64,000 bases of DNA, taken from positions 19,034,001 through 19,098,000 of the forward strand of contig OZ193909.1 in NCBI GenBank assembly GCA_964276515.1. The letters are read 5' to 3'. Under the pieces are notes generated by a model. The model saw only the letters and a program-made list of their open reading frames with translations. It searched no databases and was not told where the DNA came from. Positions 43,666-57,670 of this stretch are shown in pieces (the stretch's first letter is position 1; every line of letters starts with the position of its first letter). Position numbers and translations under genes: made by a program. The DNA comes from Gordius albopunctatus. Its lineage: Eukaryota.

Positions 43666-46600
43666 TCATTTTTTGCCCAACATTTGTAGCGCAGCTTCGA
43701 CAATGCATTCCTTGGAGATTCCAAACTTTTTCATGAGTTCCTCTGGATGACCACTCCTAGGGATACCGGTTACGAACAGATTCTTTATGCGGACGTCTTT
43801 AACTTCGGCCAAAGCAGAATTTACCGCTTCTCCTATGCCTCCTTTAGTCAAATATTAAAAAATTAAATTAACGCTTAATCAAAGTATCCTAGTCCGACAC
43901 AAATGACCCAACACTTGGGCCGACTTGAAAAATATTGTTCTTACAAGATTTTACCATGCCATTTTTGAATGACTCATATGAAAAATTGAAGGGCAAAAAA
44001 TGATTACATAAAGTATTTTTGCAGTGCTATTATCTCTCGCCCTGAAAATTAATTTTAAAATATAGATTTTGGGTTAAAATTTGTATTGAGTAAGCTGGAA
44101 TACAAGTTAAAATGGAGAAGGTTTAGGTCGGGCTGGGGCGAAATAAACGCAAAAAATTTAGGTATTGTAGCGAGATCTAGTAAATAATTACAACCCAAGC
44201 AGCGGTATTGTAAAATCGGAGGAGGATTTTAATACTTTATGAATCCATCTTATTCCAACGAGGAGATTTTTAATAAATTTATACAAATTTTTGGATTTAG
44301 AGCGGGGCAATCGCCCCCCCCCCCCGTGACTACGCCTATGTGCCCTCGGTTTGTTTCCTAGGCTCTTCTATACCCTTGCTATTCATTTGCTATGCAATTA
44401 TTCGTAAGGGAAAGTGGTGCGGGTGGGCACTGAGTGCAGTAAAGTTTTTAATTAAAATTTAGAAGGGGGGAAAAAGTTGCGGGTTTTGAAAACCCACCTT
44501 CGCGGTAATGATCTTCTACTGTGATCAAATTTCCACCAGTTCTGACAGCGTGGTCCCTGATAGTTGTTCCGTCTAATGGTTTAACCTATATTAATAGTCC
44601 AAATGTAAGATTGAAATAAGTAATTGCATTTCACCTTAGAATAAAGAAGACATACAAACGCACAAACTTGAAAAACAGAACAGAGTGGATCGTTAGTCTT
44701 AGTTAACCTAAAGGTCGACCAAGCAAAACCCAGCTGTTTTACGACACTAATTTATAGTCTATAACGAGATTTCCTAGCCCAAACTATGCTTAATACAGTC
44801 AAAACCGTTTAATTGCAAAGCCTTGGGCCTGAAAAAAATTTGCGATTAAACGATGGAAATAAAAGTATATGTACATTATATTAAATATTCATTTCTTACG
44901 CTTCGCAATAAAACGATATTTTATGTAATTATCTGGTTGATTTAAGGACTCGAAAATGTTTGTGAATATCCGATATTGTATTTACTATTAAGCGATTTGT
45001 CAATCGTTAATATTATCGTTAAAAAAACAAAATGGCGGTTAACATTACGATTAAAAGATTTTTGCGATACTCCGATTTGCGATTAAGAAGTTTCCACTAT
45101 ATAACCCTATTTCAAACTTTTTTATCATCCTATGGCCAAGGCTAATCAACCCAAAAAATGGATGAAAAATAGATTGGAATGTCTCTTTCGCCGACATAAT
45201 AATGGGCGGCTAAGGGAGGCAGTAGCTAAACTCCTCGTAAATGAGCATGACCACACAATTAAATATGTTGTCAATGTAGGGGGACTACAAAGACCAAGAT
45301 TTACACGTTAGTGTCATAAAAACGGGCGAGTTTTGTTTGGTCAACCTTTGGTTGAACTAAGATTAACACTCTACTCTGCTCTCTTTTTCAAATTTCGACT
45401 GAACCTAGTGGTCAAATAAAAGCAAAAGCCGACCAACCAAATAAACCTAGGCGCTTTTACAACACTAATGTACACCCAAATCAATCCAATGTGCTCAATT
45501 TAACTTAAAAAAACCTTCAAGATTAAACTGTTAAATAACCATCTCTTTCACGTTCAATTTATACATCCAAACTTATTGACTTAAAATATGCCGTTTCACC
45601 CCCGCCCCCCCCCCCTTCGAATAGTTTATAAATTATTTCGACAATGTGTTTTTATCCGGAAAGTGACTCAAAAAAACGCGTGGGCGTTATAGCGCTTTAC
45701 CGAAAATACGTCAATGACGCAAGCGTCAATCCCTTTCTGCGACAGGATCGTCGCGGCTTCCAAGGCTTCGAATAGGGTAACGCAAGCGCCCACTATCGTG
45801 ATTTGATCTTTAGCTCCTTGCCGAATCACCTAAAAGAGATATATCACAAATTCAATTCCTAAAATGGATCCAAATAAAGGAAATGAGTAGGGCGCAAAAA
45901 CGATAATGAAATTTGGACTCGGGCGATAAAGGTAAAGCCAATCAGCGGTTATTAGTAAGGCAAAATAAAAGTCTTTTACCGAAGCATAAGGCCACAGCCA
46001 TTAAAAACCCGTAAAAGTTTTCACGGCAATTATTGAAAAATAACAAGTTGGACGGACATAAATTTCGTGTCAATAAGTAAACCATCTTCGAGAGATAAAT
46101 TATGAAAAATACGATTCTAAAAATTTGATTTGTTTTGACGCTTCCCCTAAAACATTTCAATTTTAAATGTTTAATTTGGGTCATTAGAATAGCCTGTTTT
46201 ATTTTTTTTAAACGATTACCACGCCAAAATAGACGATAAATTTGATCTGAAATATAATTAAACTAGTACGCCAAACAATTAATTAAATATCGATCAGCCA
46301 ACATGAAATATTACTAATCGTTTCTAATATATTAGAATCCGTTTAAGGTCATTATAGGCAACGACTATAAATTGCCATAAAATAGACAGGCAGGACAAAT
46401 TGTATAACATTTACGGACGCCCTAAAAACAAACTAATGCCAATACATATAATTCAAACTTCTATAATTAACTTTAATTCAAACTTCAAACCCAAATTGTA
46501 AGAAATAAATACAATAACACTTTATCGATTTTTTGTCATATTTTTCTCCCTTTTGCCCTATGGATAAACAAATTCCACCTTTCTGACGACATAGCTTAAA

Positions 46601-49600
46601 AGTGAAGTGACGCGAACGCAGCTCCAAGATGTTTTAGCGTACATGTTACTAATTCATGCGTAAAGAAAAAGACTTCATGTTTTATAATTCCTTATGTGAA
46701 TATAGAAGAACCACTTTTATACCCTTTCCCAAGTTTACGATCGAGAATAAAGTTTTACATTCCTCGGAGATCAAGCATTAAATGAGTTTAAATCGAGTCA
46801 CACCAACCACCCTAAGAGAAAGGATGGGGGGGGGGTATACTAACTGTCGTGCCCATCTTTTTATTTTTCCCCACACTCGCACTAATGAACTATCATCTCA
46901 TTAGTTCCCCATTAGTTTTTTAGACGATATCCCTGCCCTGCTGCATTAGAGACTTCCACGGGCGATCCTAAACCGGAGCCGACATCAATAGGGATTCATT
47001 TATTTTGACGCGATCGGGTCGGGCCGGGTCGGGTTGAAATCTCTTGCATCATCTATCTCATATACTTTCACGTATTACTTTGCAACAAGTTGACGACCGT
47101 TATTTTTTACTAGCACACACCCTCAATATTCCCACCACTAGCGTCGTAAAAAGGGCTGGGTAACAGGCCAAAGGTTTGTTGGTCCGTATTTCCCAGTCGA
47201 CCTCCAGGCTTGGTCGAAATTCGGAAAAGAGACCACAAAATCCAGCCCCCCTTCTTACCACACTACCTAGCACACCACGCTATACCCTTGTAGTGAAACC
47301 GTTAGGAGATTTGGTAGGGCTACGCGTACAAGGGGTTAAAAGAGAAAGAATACGCCAGGAGAATCGACTGGAATTTGAGCGTTTATCGTTTTACTTGCGA
47401 TACTCTTATAGATGTATTGTAAATGCGCAATTTATATATTTCCTCGCTATACCACTGCTATAATTCCAATATATTGTACAATAAAATACACTACACCCTC
47501 GCATACATACACAAGTTCCCAACAGCTGATCGCCTTTAATTTTCTTTCATTTATTTGTTGCCGAGATGTGTCAAACACTACTCACCTTGCATTTCCCCAC
47601 TTCGAAAACCTCTTCCGGCGAGTAAAGGACCGGGGTAGCGGGCCGGCTAGTCCTGATGTAGGCTATGCCCTGGTAATTAGCCATCAATTCGCAGGCCTTC
47701 TCCGTCGACACGGCGTCGCTGGGGTATAGGACCAGGCTATTGGGGATGGTACGAAACATGGCTAGATCCTCCAGAGCCATCTGGGACGGTCCGTCTTCGC
47801 CTGATATTATTTACGGGGAAACAAATTGTAAGAATTTCAAAATTTCGAGTAACCGTGAAAACAAAATAAAAGATTAGGGGCGGGCCTAGGGGTAATATCG
47901 TTTCTTCAAGTTCTAAACATCATAGTAAAACATCGTTTACGAGGGTAAAAATCTTCTAACGGTTTTAACATATTCTTGCATTTAATAAAAGATATAATTA
48001 TCGATTATTTAATGAAAAACGTCGCATCAGTAAATTGGGGTTAATTTATCTCGCGAAATATATTTGTAAAATTTGACGCTTATTGGTGATCATTAAATAT
48101 TATGTTTTAAAGCTTAGCAAAAGTCAATTTTTAAAAACGAAATATAGACTAACCACAACAAACAAATATGTGAATCCTTGTTATAACACAAAATTATACA
48201 ACGAAATGTAGGAATTGTAAATAAAAATTAATATAGCTCTAAAATTATGACGTTAAGTTCAATTGGTTGTTTACAATTTGCGCAAAGATAGCTGTTTCTA
48301 TCTTTGCTGCAAAAATGCCGCTCGGCAGTCAGTCTATTATGTTTTCATTAGCAGCCTACGATAAAAACTCATTGCAAAAACATTGAGTTCTAATTTGATT
48401 TGAGCAATCATTAATAACGTAACCACTTTTAAAATTTTGAGCTGGATCTAGGGTCAAAGTCTTTGTTTAGTGCATGGGGGGGGGGGGGGTAAGGATGGAA
48501 GATAAACTGCAAAACCGAAATCGTGCCCGTGCTTCAAAATGCAAAGGCTTAGGCTTACTTACCTATTGAACACCCGGCGTGGCTTCCGCAAAATTTAACG
48601 TTGGCCCGGCTGATGGCAGACATGCGGATCTGGTCGTAGGCGCGCGTCAAGAAGCAAGCGAAGGTCGAGGCGAAGGGGATGGTTCGCGAGCGGGTCCCGC
48701 ATCCGACCGCCACCCCGGCCAGCAGTTGCTCGGCTATGTAGCATTCTACGAAGCGGTCTGGGTGGGCAGTCCGCAGTTTATCGCTGTACGTGGAATTTTT
48801 GACGTCCCCGTCCAAAGCAACTAGCAGGGGGCAGGCGTTGGCTAAATTGACTAAGGCGTTGCCGTAGGCCATGCGAGTAGCTACCTGTGAAGGGCGTGTG
48901 TTTTATTATCAATGATTAACGAATTCGGAAGATTTTGGCAAAAAATTTATTATTATTATTCGGTGAAGAGAACCAATGATGTAAATCGTAACAAACTTTG
49001 CATTCCCAATCAGCCTCCTTCGCGCATAACAATAATAAATTCTAATTCAATTTCTAAATAAAAAAAATAATTTAACCATATAAAAAATATTGCAGGGCAG
49101 TCAAAGTACATAAATTCATATAACTCCGTTATTACCAAAGCTCTAAATTAAATTTTAGCCGCTGCCGCTTGACGCTCGTGTGTAAGCGCGTTTCAAGGCG
49201 ACCTTTAACGCACGCAAAAGGATAATAATATTATTACAATCTCGATACGGGGCTCTAGGCCGTATTTTAAAGGCTTAAACAGATGTGGGAAAAGTTGCTT
49301 TCTACATGTTTTTTAGGGTAAAATTTTATTTGGTAACAATAAGGTTTGTGGCCAAGTGGAACAAAGCTTTTATTGTATAATAATTATTAAAATTTAAAAT
49401 TTTTGCAACATAGCCATCTTAATTTCAATTTTATAAAAAGTTTGAGGGGGCGGGGTAGATATAAAAATATCTAATTAAACATTTTATACTCAAAAATTTT
49501 TAATCTCTAATATAAGAAAAGTTAAGAAGGGCATAAAAATGTGCAACCAGATATATCTAATATTAAACAAAATTTGGTGTTTAAAATGTTTTAGTAACTA

Positions 49601-51198
49601 AAAACTATAACATATAAAAAGTTATAATTTTGATGATAACAATTTTTATTTGAAGTCAATAATTGTAGAAATATTAAAGTTTTCAAATAAGGCAAAGCTC
49701 AGCTTTAATTACTAATTCAATGAGTCATTTAGTAAATGTAAAAATAATTCTACTTTATTAAAGGTGTTGTTACCTCTAAGTCCATAGATGTCATTTTTTA
49801 ATTACACATCCTAATAACTTTAAAATAAAATTAACCTTTCAAAGTTAGGTAGATAAATGATGAAAAGACAAAGAGTCTAAATTACCTTTTCACCAATTTT
49901 GTATTTGGGAAATTCGGACAAATTGATGTGAACTTTTTGCAAATGGTTGGGTGCCAATTGAAATGTGGGCTGTTTGATTTTTAGGGGTGGAATAGGTAAA
50001 TTTTGATTAACAATTTGACTTTTTATAGCTTGTATAGCTGCTGGAGCTTTATCACCCAATGGCTTTCCATGCCAATTAAGCTGATCTTCAATGCCTAAAA
50101 AATAATTTCCCATATTTTGTGTTACATTAAACATGATAAAAAATAAAAATTTGAATAATATAATTTAAAATCAATAAAAAAAATATATAAAATATTTCAA
50201 CAAATTATACTTTATGTACCTGGTATGCCTTTTCCTTTTAGAGTTTCAGCTAGAATGCAATAAGGTTGCTTTTTACAATTATTTGCATTATCAAATGCTT
50301 TGATCAAAGCTTCCACATTATGTCCATCTACAACCTCAACCTGCCATCTAAAACACAATTAATTTTTTATAATAAACTTAAAATGAAAATACTTACCCAA
50401 ATGCTTTAACTCGAGCAGCATATATTTCCATTTGATGTTGTTGCATGGTTGGATCGCTTTGTCCAAGTCGGTTGATATCAACAATTGCAACCAAATTATC
50501 TAATTTGTAAAATGATGCAAAATTCATAGCTTCCCATACACTTCCCTCTGCAATTTCACCATCACCCATCAAGCAAAACACTCTCAATGGGGCTCTATAA
50601 AAATAAATATTCAGTAAAATTGACAAAGTACTATCATAAAAATAATATTTTACCCTCCTTTTTCAAAGAATTTAGCAGTGTATGCCATGCCACAAGCATA
50701 ACTCAAACCTTGACCCAAAGATCCTGTTGCTACATCAACAAAAGGTAATTCCTAAAAAATAGAAATTATAAATTTAGAAATTAAATTACTGGTGTGGGGT
50801 GTCCTTCTAGATTTGAGGAAAATTGCCTTAAAGTTTTTAAATGTTCCATGGGTATATAGCCAGCTTCAGCCCAAGCAGCATATAAAATAGGTGCAGCATG
50901 ACCCTTTAAGAGTAAATTTGAAATGTATAGCATTATATACCTTAGATAAAATAAATTTATCGTTTGCTGGATCTTGAGGCTGATCTGCCTTATACCTCAT
51001 TTCGTGAAAAAATAATACTGACATAATTTCTGCACATGAGCAGCAACTTGTTGGATGGCTAAAAAATAATTGAAACTTTATCAAGTATATATATTACCCT
51101 GAATTTGAGGCATTTGTCTCTTCAATTGAATGAATTCTCAGCTTGTTAGCAACATCCTTCAATTTTTGAATATCTTCTCCACTAACGTTATTGACCAT
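43666..51198 (-). CDS. TKT: Transketolase (about 631 aa, 12 exons)
   Basis: Exons 51198-51098, 51058-50941, 50903-50790, 50751-50654, 50594-50397, 50347-50220, 50094-49886, 48884-48563, 47800-47586, 45829-45701, 44585-44498, 43841-43666; total 1896 nt, open. Motifs [31 protein letters not shown], the TPP-binding [13 protein letters not shown]...[36 protein letters not shown]. Confidence 0.96.
45310..45467. repeat. TAGTGT...ACACTA short interspersed MITE family (representative copy)
   Basis: Core tttggtc(g/a)acctttggtt...aaatttcgactaa(g/a)cctag...gaccaa recurs near 7025, 18120, 31155, 44660 and 47140. Confidence 0.55.
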
Positions 51199-53956
51199 GA
51201 TTAAAATGTCGTGTGATGATGATTTGAAGGATATGAAAAAAAATGAATGAATTTATCAGATTATCGTGTGCTTTAGTGAATTGAATAGTACTCAAAGATA
51301 TAACTAGAGGGGATCAGCAAAATCGATTTGAATGGCATTAATAGATTTCTTAGACATTTTGTTATGTTAGATTGAAATCTTTTAATGCGCAAATCCGCCC
51401 ATAGAAAAAATCCTCAAGAAATATACATTTATAGACAATGGCTTGGGTGTAGCCAGGGGTTGACGGGGAGTAGGCGGCTGCTTCCCTCTAAATCCAAAAA
51501 ATCTTAGAATTTTATCAAATTATGACTAAAGTTTAAAAAAATTGTAATTTTGCCCCCCTCTAATTCCAATCTTTGCTGCGCCCATAGGCAAAGAATGATA
51601 TAGCGTATAGAATTTTTGAGATTTTTTAAAATAGTCCTAAGATCACGGTTTTTTATAATATAATCTTAGACTACATAGACTGCTCATATGTCTCATGTGA
51701 TAAAATCTGTACCACTAAGTCCACCATTTTTAATTTGGCAATCTCCTATATATTTCTTCAGTGCCCCCCATTGTTCAAGCAGAAAAAGTGAATTTACCTT
51801 CCTCATTGATTAATAGATAATAAAAATATATTAATAAATGATAATTTAATACAATTAAAAATGCAGATGGCGATAAATTGCTTTAGCATCATATTATCAC
51901 TATATTTAATTATTTTATTTTTATGCATTGTGTACGTATTTTAAAATGCTGTTTTTAATGTTTAAATAGTTCCAAAATTTTGCATTGCGTTTTAAAAACA
52001 CTTTCACTAAAATCACTATAATTTATATAGCCTTTCTTTATTTGTGCATATTTAATGGCGAAAAAAACGTTGCATTTATTTAACGTTTATGAACAGTCTA
52101 TCTAATCTATGGATCTCTCCAATTCTCATAAAAATTCTACATCTATCCATGCAATCTTCGTTAATATTTCTTATTTTATTAATAACTTGATATTTTTAGA
52201 ATGTATTTGACATTATAAAATATATATACATGTAACAAATCAAGCCATTCGAATACCCAGTAGAAATAAGTAAAAATGTCAAATGACCGCTAGTGCTAGA
52301 CAAAACAGAATATCAGGAGTTTGGTACAAAATAAATCATGATAAAATTAATTATTTTTATAAATACTTAAAATTAAACAAAGACATCTTGTATTGAATAA
52401 ATTATAAATAAAGTATTTTAAAAAGTCATGTACCCGCGCCTGGTTAATTTAGTCTTTGTAAACGAATGGCTTGCTTTGTGATTCACTCATAGATTAGATA
52501 GACTGCTCATTAAATTTAAATAAGTGTACCGTTTTTCCGCCGTTTTGAAATGCGCACAAATAAGGAGAGGACATATAGATCATAGTAATTTTAGTTAACT
52601 AAAGTGATTTTAAAACCTAATATATAATAAAGGATTAGTTAACCATAAAAACAGCTTTTTAAAATATATATCATTTACAAAATTCTGTTTTATTTATGAA
52701 CTAGCTGTGCCCGGCCAAGCATTTCTTTGGCTTAGTACTTATTAGGCTAAATAATTGGTACCTAGCAATAGGAAATATATGAAGGAATTTGGGTCAGCTG
52801 AAAGAGAGTTTGTGATGTGAAAAAAATATATTTTTATATTATGCAAATAAATATTAACTTAATAGAAAAAGGCATATTTATTATTAATTAAATAGATTTA
52901 TAACAGTTTCAGAAACTTATTAGGTAGCGATGTTTAGCGATAACATGCACAGTTGAGTGACAAAAGTGTTTATAACCCACTATTTTATTTATTTAAATTA
53001 AATAGTTTGTTAAACCCCAATAATTTTGACCGTATACTGTAACATTTTTATTAAACTTTTAAATATCTAATTCGAGAAAACTTCAGCCTTGTATGTATGA
53101 CGTCATTATTGTATATGATGCTATAAATGAAACTGGCCGGGAAATGTGCGATATTTTTAAAACGAAAAGGTATTTTAGGAATCTGAAAAAGCTATTTTAC
53201 CCCTGGCCGCCCTGGAAATCTACGGGTAAATTGTAAACAGCTTTTTAAAATATATATCATTTACAAAATTCTTTTTTATTTATGAATTAATGAGGAGGCT
53301 AATTTTACTCTTTCTGTTTTAACAATGGGGTATACTGCAAAAAAACATGGGAGAAAGTTCATTTTAACATGGTGGATTTAATGGTACACATTTTACCATA
53401 TGAAATATATGGCATAAGCTGTATATGTAGTCTATGGTTTCACTACGTTTCGTCTCCACACGCAGGAATTTTCTCCTATTTTTTGCATCACTAAATCCAC
53501 TTTTGGGTGGTAATTATTTTAATCAAAAGAATTAACAATCAATATCCTAAAAAGAAATATTGCAAATTAAAATTACACAACTAAATATTATTTTATTAAG
53601 ATTATATTGCTTGATAAATAATTTATGTCCAATTTGGCTTTTAATCCCGCTATCGTGTCCTCAAATAGGTAATGTTTAGTTTTATTAGATCAAAAACAAA
53701 CAATTGCGTAGCTAGGGGAGAGGCAAGGCCCCCTAGGAGCGAAATTCTGACCCCTTGGCCCCCCCCCAAGCAATTTTTGTTTTGTTATTAATTAACAAGC
53801 AATAAAATTCGGGTAATTAAAGCTTAACTTATTTTTAAAATCTCCAAACAGCAACTTATAAATCATATACCTGTAGTTTTGCTCAGAAAGAAAAATACCC
53901 GCAAGCTTTTGCACTACGAAACAACGCGTCGGGGACGGGCCGAGCCGTAATATGAC

Positions 53957-55321
53957 CTAGCGGGTTTGGACCGTGCCTAAATATAAGTAAGGTGCACTGA
54001 GCCCCTTACAAAACCATAGAGATCTTTTTGTGTATTGTAAAATATAAAGAAAGGTGTTTTTATGATGTTTTATATTAATTTGCAATAATTCACAAAACAT
54101 TTTGATATTTTTAGGAGACAGCCAGCCCGTTAAAAATAGAATTAAGATATAGACTTGAAATTCATTAGCAGTTAAATTGAGGTTGTAGTTATGCTGAGAA
54201 GCATATAAATTACTCATATTCACCACTACAAAATAACATCATTTGAAAGAAATTGTTCTAAGTAATCTCCAGCATTTCAAAGGCTACATTTTCCTCAGAG
54301 TCACCACAGGTGTGCGGCCTTAAAGACTTCATCATTGCCTGTCAAATTAAACATGCTTTTATCTTGAAAGTTTTATGATTCACTATGATGTCTGACGACA
54401 ACCCCTATGCAAAAATTAAGCATGGAACGGGGTAAATGTTGAAGGTCTAAATCCATTTTGTCTCCACTTTCCACATCCGTGTCTCCTTCTTGTTCTGGAG
54501 AAAAAATTATAACTTCATCAATATCTACACTGGGGCTGTCTAACTGCTCTATTATATATCATAGATCGAATTAAAAATATTAGATGAAAAAACATATTGA
54601 ATTTCTTAAATAATTGACAAATTTTCAAAAAACTATATAATAAAGCCTTTATAAAATTAAAATGTGGCATTTAATTATAATAAGGTAAAGATGGCTATTA
54701 AAATTAATATATAATACACTTTATCTTGAATGTGTTTTAAAATTATATCCCTTTTCTCAAATTTAAAATATCACTTAAAGATCCTTACATAATTATAAAA
54801 TTTTTGCCTAAAAGCGATATTAACTTTGGATTAAGGATGTTTTTAAATATTTTTGCTATTATTATAACAAGATTACTTATAAAAAATTAAATTAAAGCAA
54901 ATAAAGAAGGAGCATTATTCATTTACATAAGCTTACGTATGGACCTCTGCCCAGTGCAACCTACAGGTTACATACACCAAACTTTGGACCAAAATTACTC
55001 CCATTTTAATTAACCAAAACAATTAAATTTTATATCAAAATAATTGTGAAAGTATCTTTAATGATATAAATTAAAATAAGATTACTTACGGTTGAATCTC
55101 CATTTTTAGTATACGAGAAGCAGTCGAGATTCCAAAATTAACGATATTTGAGACCATATTATTAAAGAAAGAAGGAAGAGAAAAGGGAATAAACATATCA
55201 GCGGATTTGCCTAATTGTGCTAGTTCATATTCAATTTAAAAATTAATATTTTATCCAATAGTTTAAAAATTATAAGCGTTTAAAGTGGTGTGACCTACAG
55301 GTTACACTGTTACCTCTCGGG
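53957..55321 (-). mobile_element. Degenerate piggyBac element (one terminus plus transposase remnant)
   Basis: MVNMSNLYASQHNYNLNLTANEFQVYILILFLTGW resembles the N-terminal part of piggyBac transposase. Terminus GGG|TTAA at 55319-55325; repeated subterminal motif g(t/c)(g/a)acctacaggttaca at about 54955 and 55289. The left boundary is undefined. Confidence 0.65.
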
Positions 55322-57129
55322 TTAACAATGAAAATAAAATTATTATTTTTCTCTCGTTTTGAATTCATTTATCAATATCTCATCGCGCATTTCATATTGA
55401 TAAGTGTTATTTAGAGACTATATGTAAACATGGCCCACTCCAATCACACCCTGTAAAATCTATAAACTTTAAAGTAATATAACTTAATATTCAGATGAGT
55501 AAAAAATTTACACGATTATTATTGACATCTGTAACATATATATATTGTGTATTCAATACAAAAATTACATTCTAATATTAAAACATTAAAAATTAAAGTT
55601 TTTGCATACTGTCCATTGCTCGTTCTGTTTATCATTGATTATTTTAATGGGCCCGGACCCGGCCCAGGGTTTATATATTTGTAGCAGGCTGCCTGATTCA
55701 CCTAAAGAGGCCCAATGTCTCTAATTTGGCGTGTTCATGTGTAAGTCGAAGGTAAACGAAAGAGGAAAAATCTAAGATTTGGGAGTTCAAGTGAAATTTG
55801 AAAAAGAAAATACACAAAGGAATAGCTGAATATTAAGTTTTTACAAATGGCTATGTTACAAAAATTTAAAAAGTAAAACTTAATCTGGCCTCCCCTCCCC
55901 AAAGGGAAAATGCAAGCTACGCTAATATTAACAAATATATGTGTATTTTAAATTTAATTAAAACTAATAACTTTTGATAGTTTTCTCAGAAATAAACTTT
56001 TTTTTCGTGATTTTCCTACGATTTTGGAGTACTTCTTGGAAAGTTAAATGTACGATTCACTTTAAATTTGAACTATAAATGGCCAGACATCTTATCGTCT
56101 TTATCACAATAATTTTTTCAAATTTTTCCAACAACATTTATTCAATGAATTTTATAAAAATTTTATAATTTAAACTTTTTGTATGGTTTGCACCCAAAAT
56201 TTTATTAGAACCCAATCGAGTAAGTTTATTTTTCTAAATTTGAATTTTTTACTTTATTTTATAAAATAAAAATATTTGTAACAGCTTACGGGATCAACTT
56301 ATATATAGGTCACAAGTTCTATAAATAAGTGACGAGGAAAATTTGATACATTGATTAATTCCTTCTTGTAAAAATTAGATAATTATAAAGACTGATGAAC
56401 ACCCTTAAAACACACTATTTCTAAAATATATAAAAGTACAAAATGAAAAACATTTAATTTTAATCGACAGAGTTGGGGGTTTAGGTCAAGCCCGGCCCCA
56501 GCCCGTTTCGTTATCCTAAAGCCCGTCTAAGCCCGGCCCCTAATTTATTTAAATGCCCATACATGCCATGAACGTTTATAAGTTTTCGGCAGGTCGGAGG
56601 TTTATAATTTTAACTTTGCCTATGTCCAATTAAATAAAGTTGGCTGTAAAAAACAATTTATTAAACGATGAGGATTATTAATTTTTAGTTAAATTTTTCC
56701 ATCATTCATCTCTAATGTAAATTAACACACTTCGTTCTTAAAGAAAAGAGATTTTGTAGTAGGTTTGAAAATGAAGCATACATGAATGAAGGATTCAAAA
56801 GATTTTGCAATTTTGTGATTAATTTTATTTGTATTTTATTAATTGCTATGCCTTTCTTTAGTATAGCAATATAACACTCGCGATTTCTAAAAACAAGGAA
56901 TCTGAAGTAGGTTTAAGTAAGCATGTCAAATCTTTGAAAAATTAAATTACCTTTATTTATAAAATTTGGCCTGTGTAAGCATCTTCCTCTTCAATTTTAC
57001 AAAGTTAATATAGTCTTTTAGAGAACTAATTTTAATTGCTATGCAATTTATGGGATCGCTTTTTGTTGTCCGTCCGTTGTCCTACAATGTATTTACACCT
57101 GCTTTTAACTTTCTGACTTGCAGGTTAAA

Positions 57130-57670
57130 GTTCAATCCCCGGAGAGGACAAAAAATTTTTTTTTTAATTAAATTAATATTTTGTTCTTGTTAATACCATT
57201 GATAATATGACTTTTTGACTTTCCGCTGGCTACTGACCAATGAAAAAAAGGACCATTGGCCAAATTGTGATTCGAAATTTTTTTTATCGTTTTTTAATAA
57301 GTTAACATTGATAATTACCCTATGCCCTCTCCTACAAGGGCCTATGCCTCTACTGATATGGGTCCCTGTTCCCCTACAAAGGCTTATGCCTGTAAATGTG
57401 GGTTTGAATCCCGGCGAGGGAAAATTCTTAATTTCTGGTTCGATGCCCGGAGAGGATAAAATTTTTATTTTATTTTTAATTAAATTAATATATTGTTCTT
57501 GTTAATACCATTGATAATATGACTTTTTGCCGTCCGCTGATTACTGACCAATGAAAAAATGACCATTGACCAAAATGTGAATCGAAATTTTTTTTTCGTT
57601 TTTTTGACTCATATGTATATTTATAGACCGTATCTTGGTACTGATCAATAAAAAAATGACCATTGGCCAA
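57130..57670 (+). repeat. Local tandem duplication of an approximately 170-bp unit headed by a B-box-like motif
   Basis: gttc(a/g)at(c/g)cccggagagga...taataccattgataatatgactttttg...actgaccaatgaaaaaa.gaccatt occurs at about 57130-57295 and 57438-57605. Confidence 0.6.
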
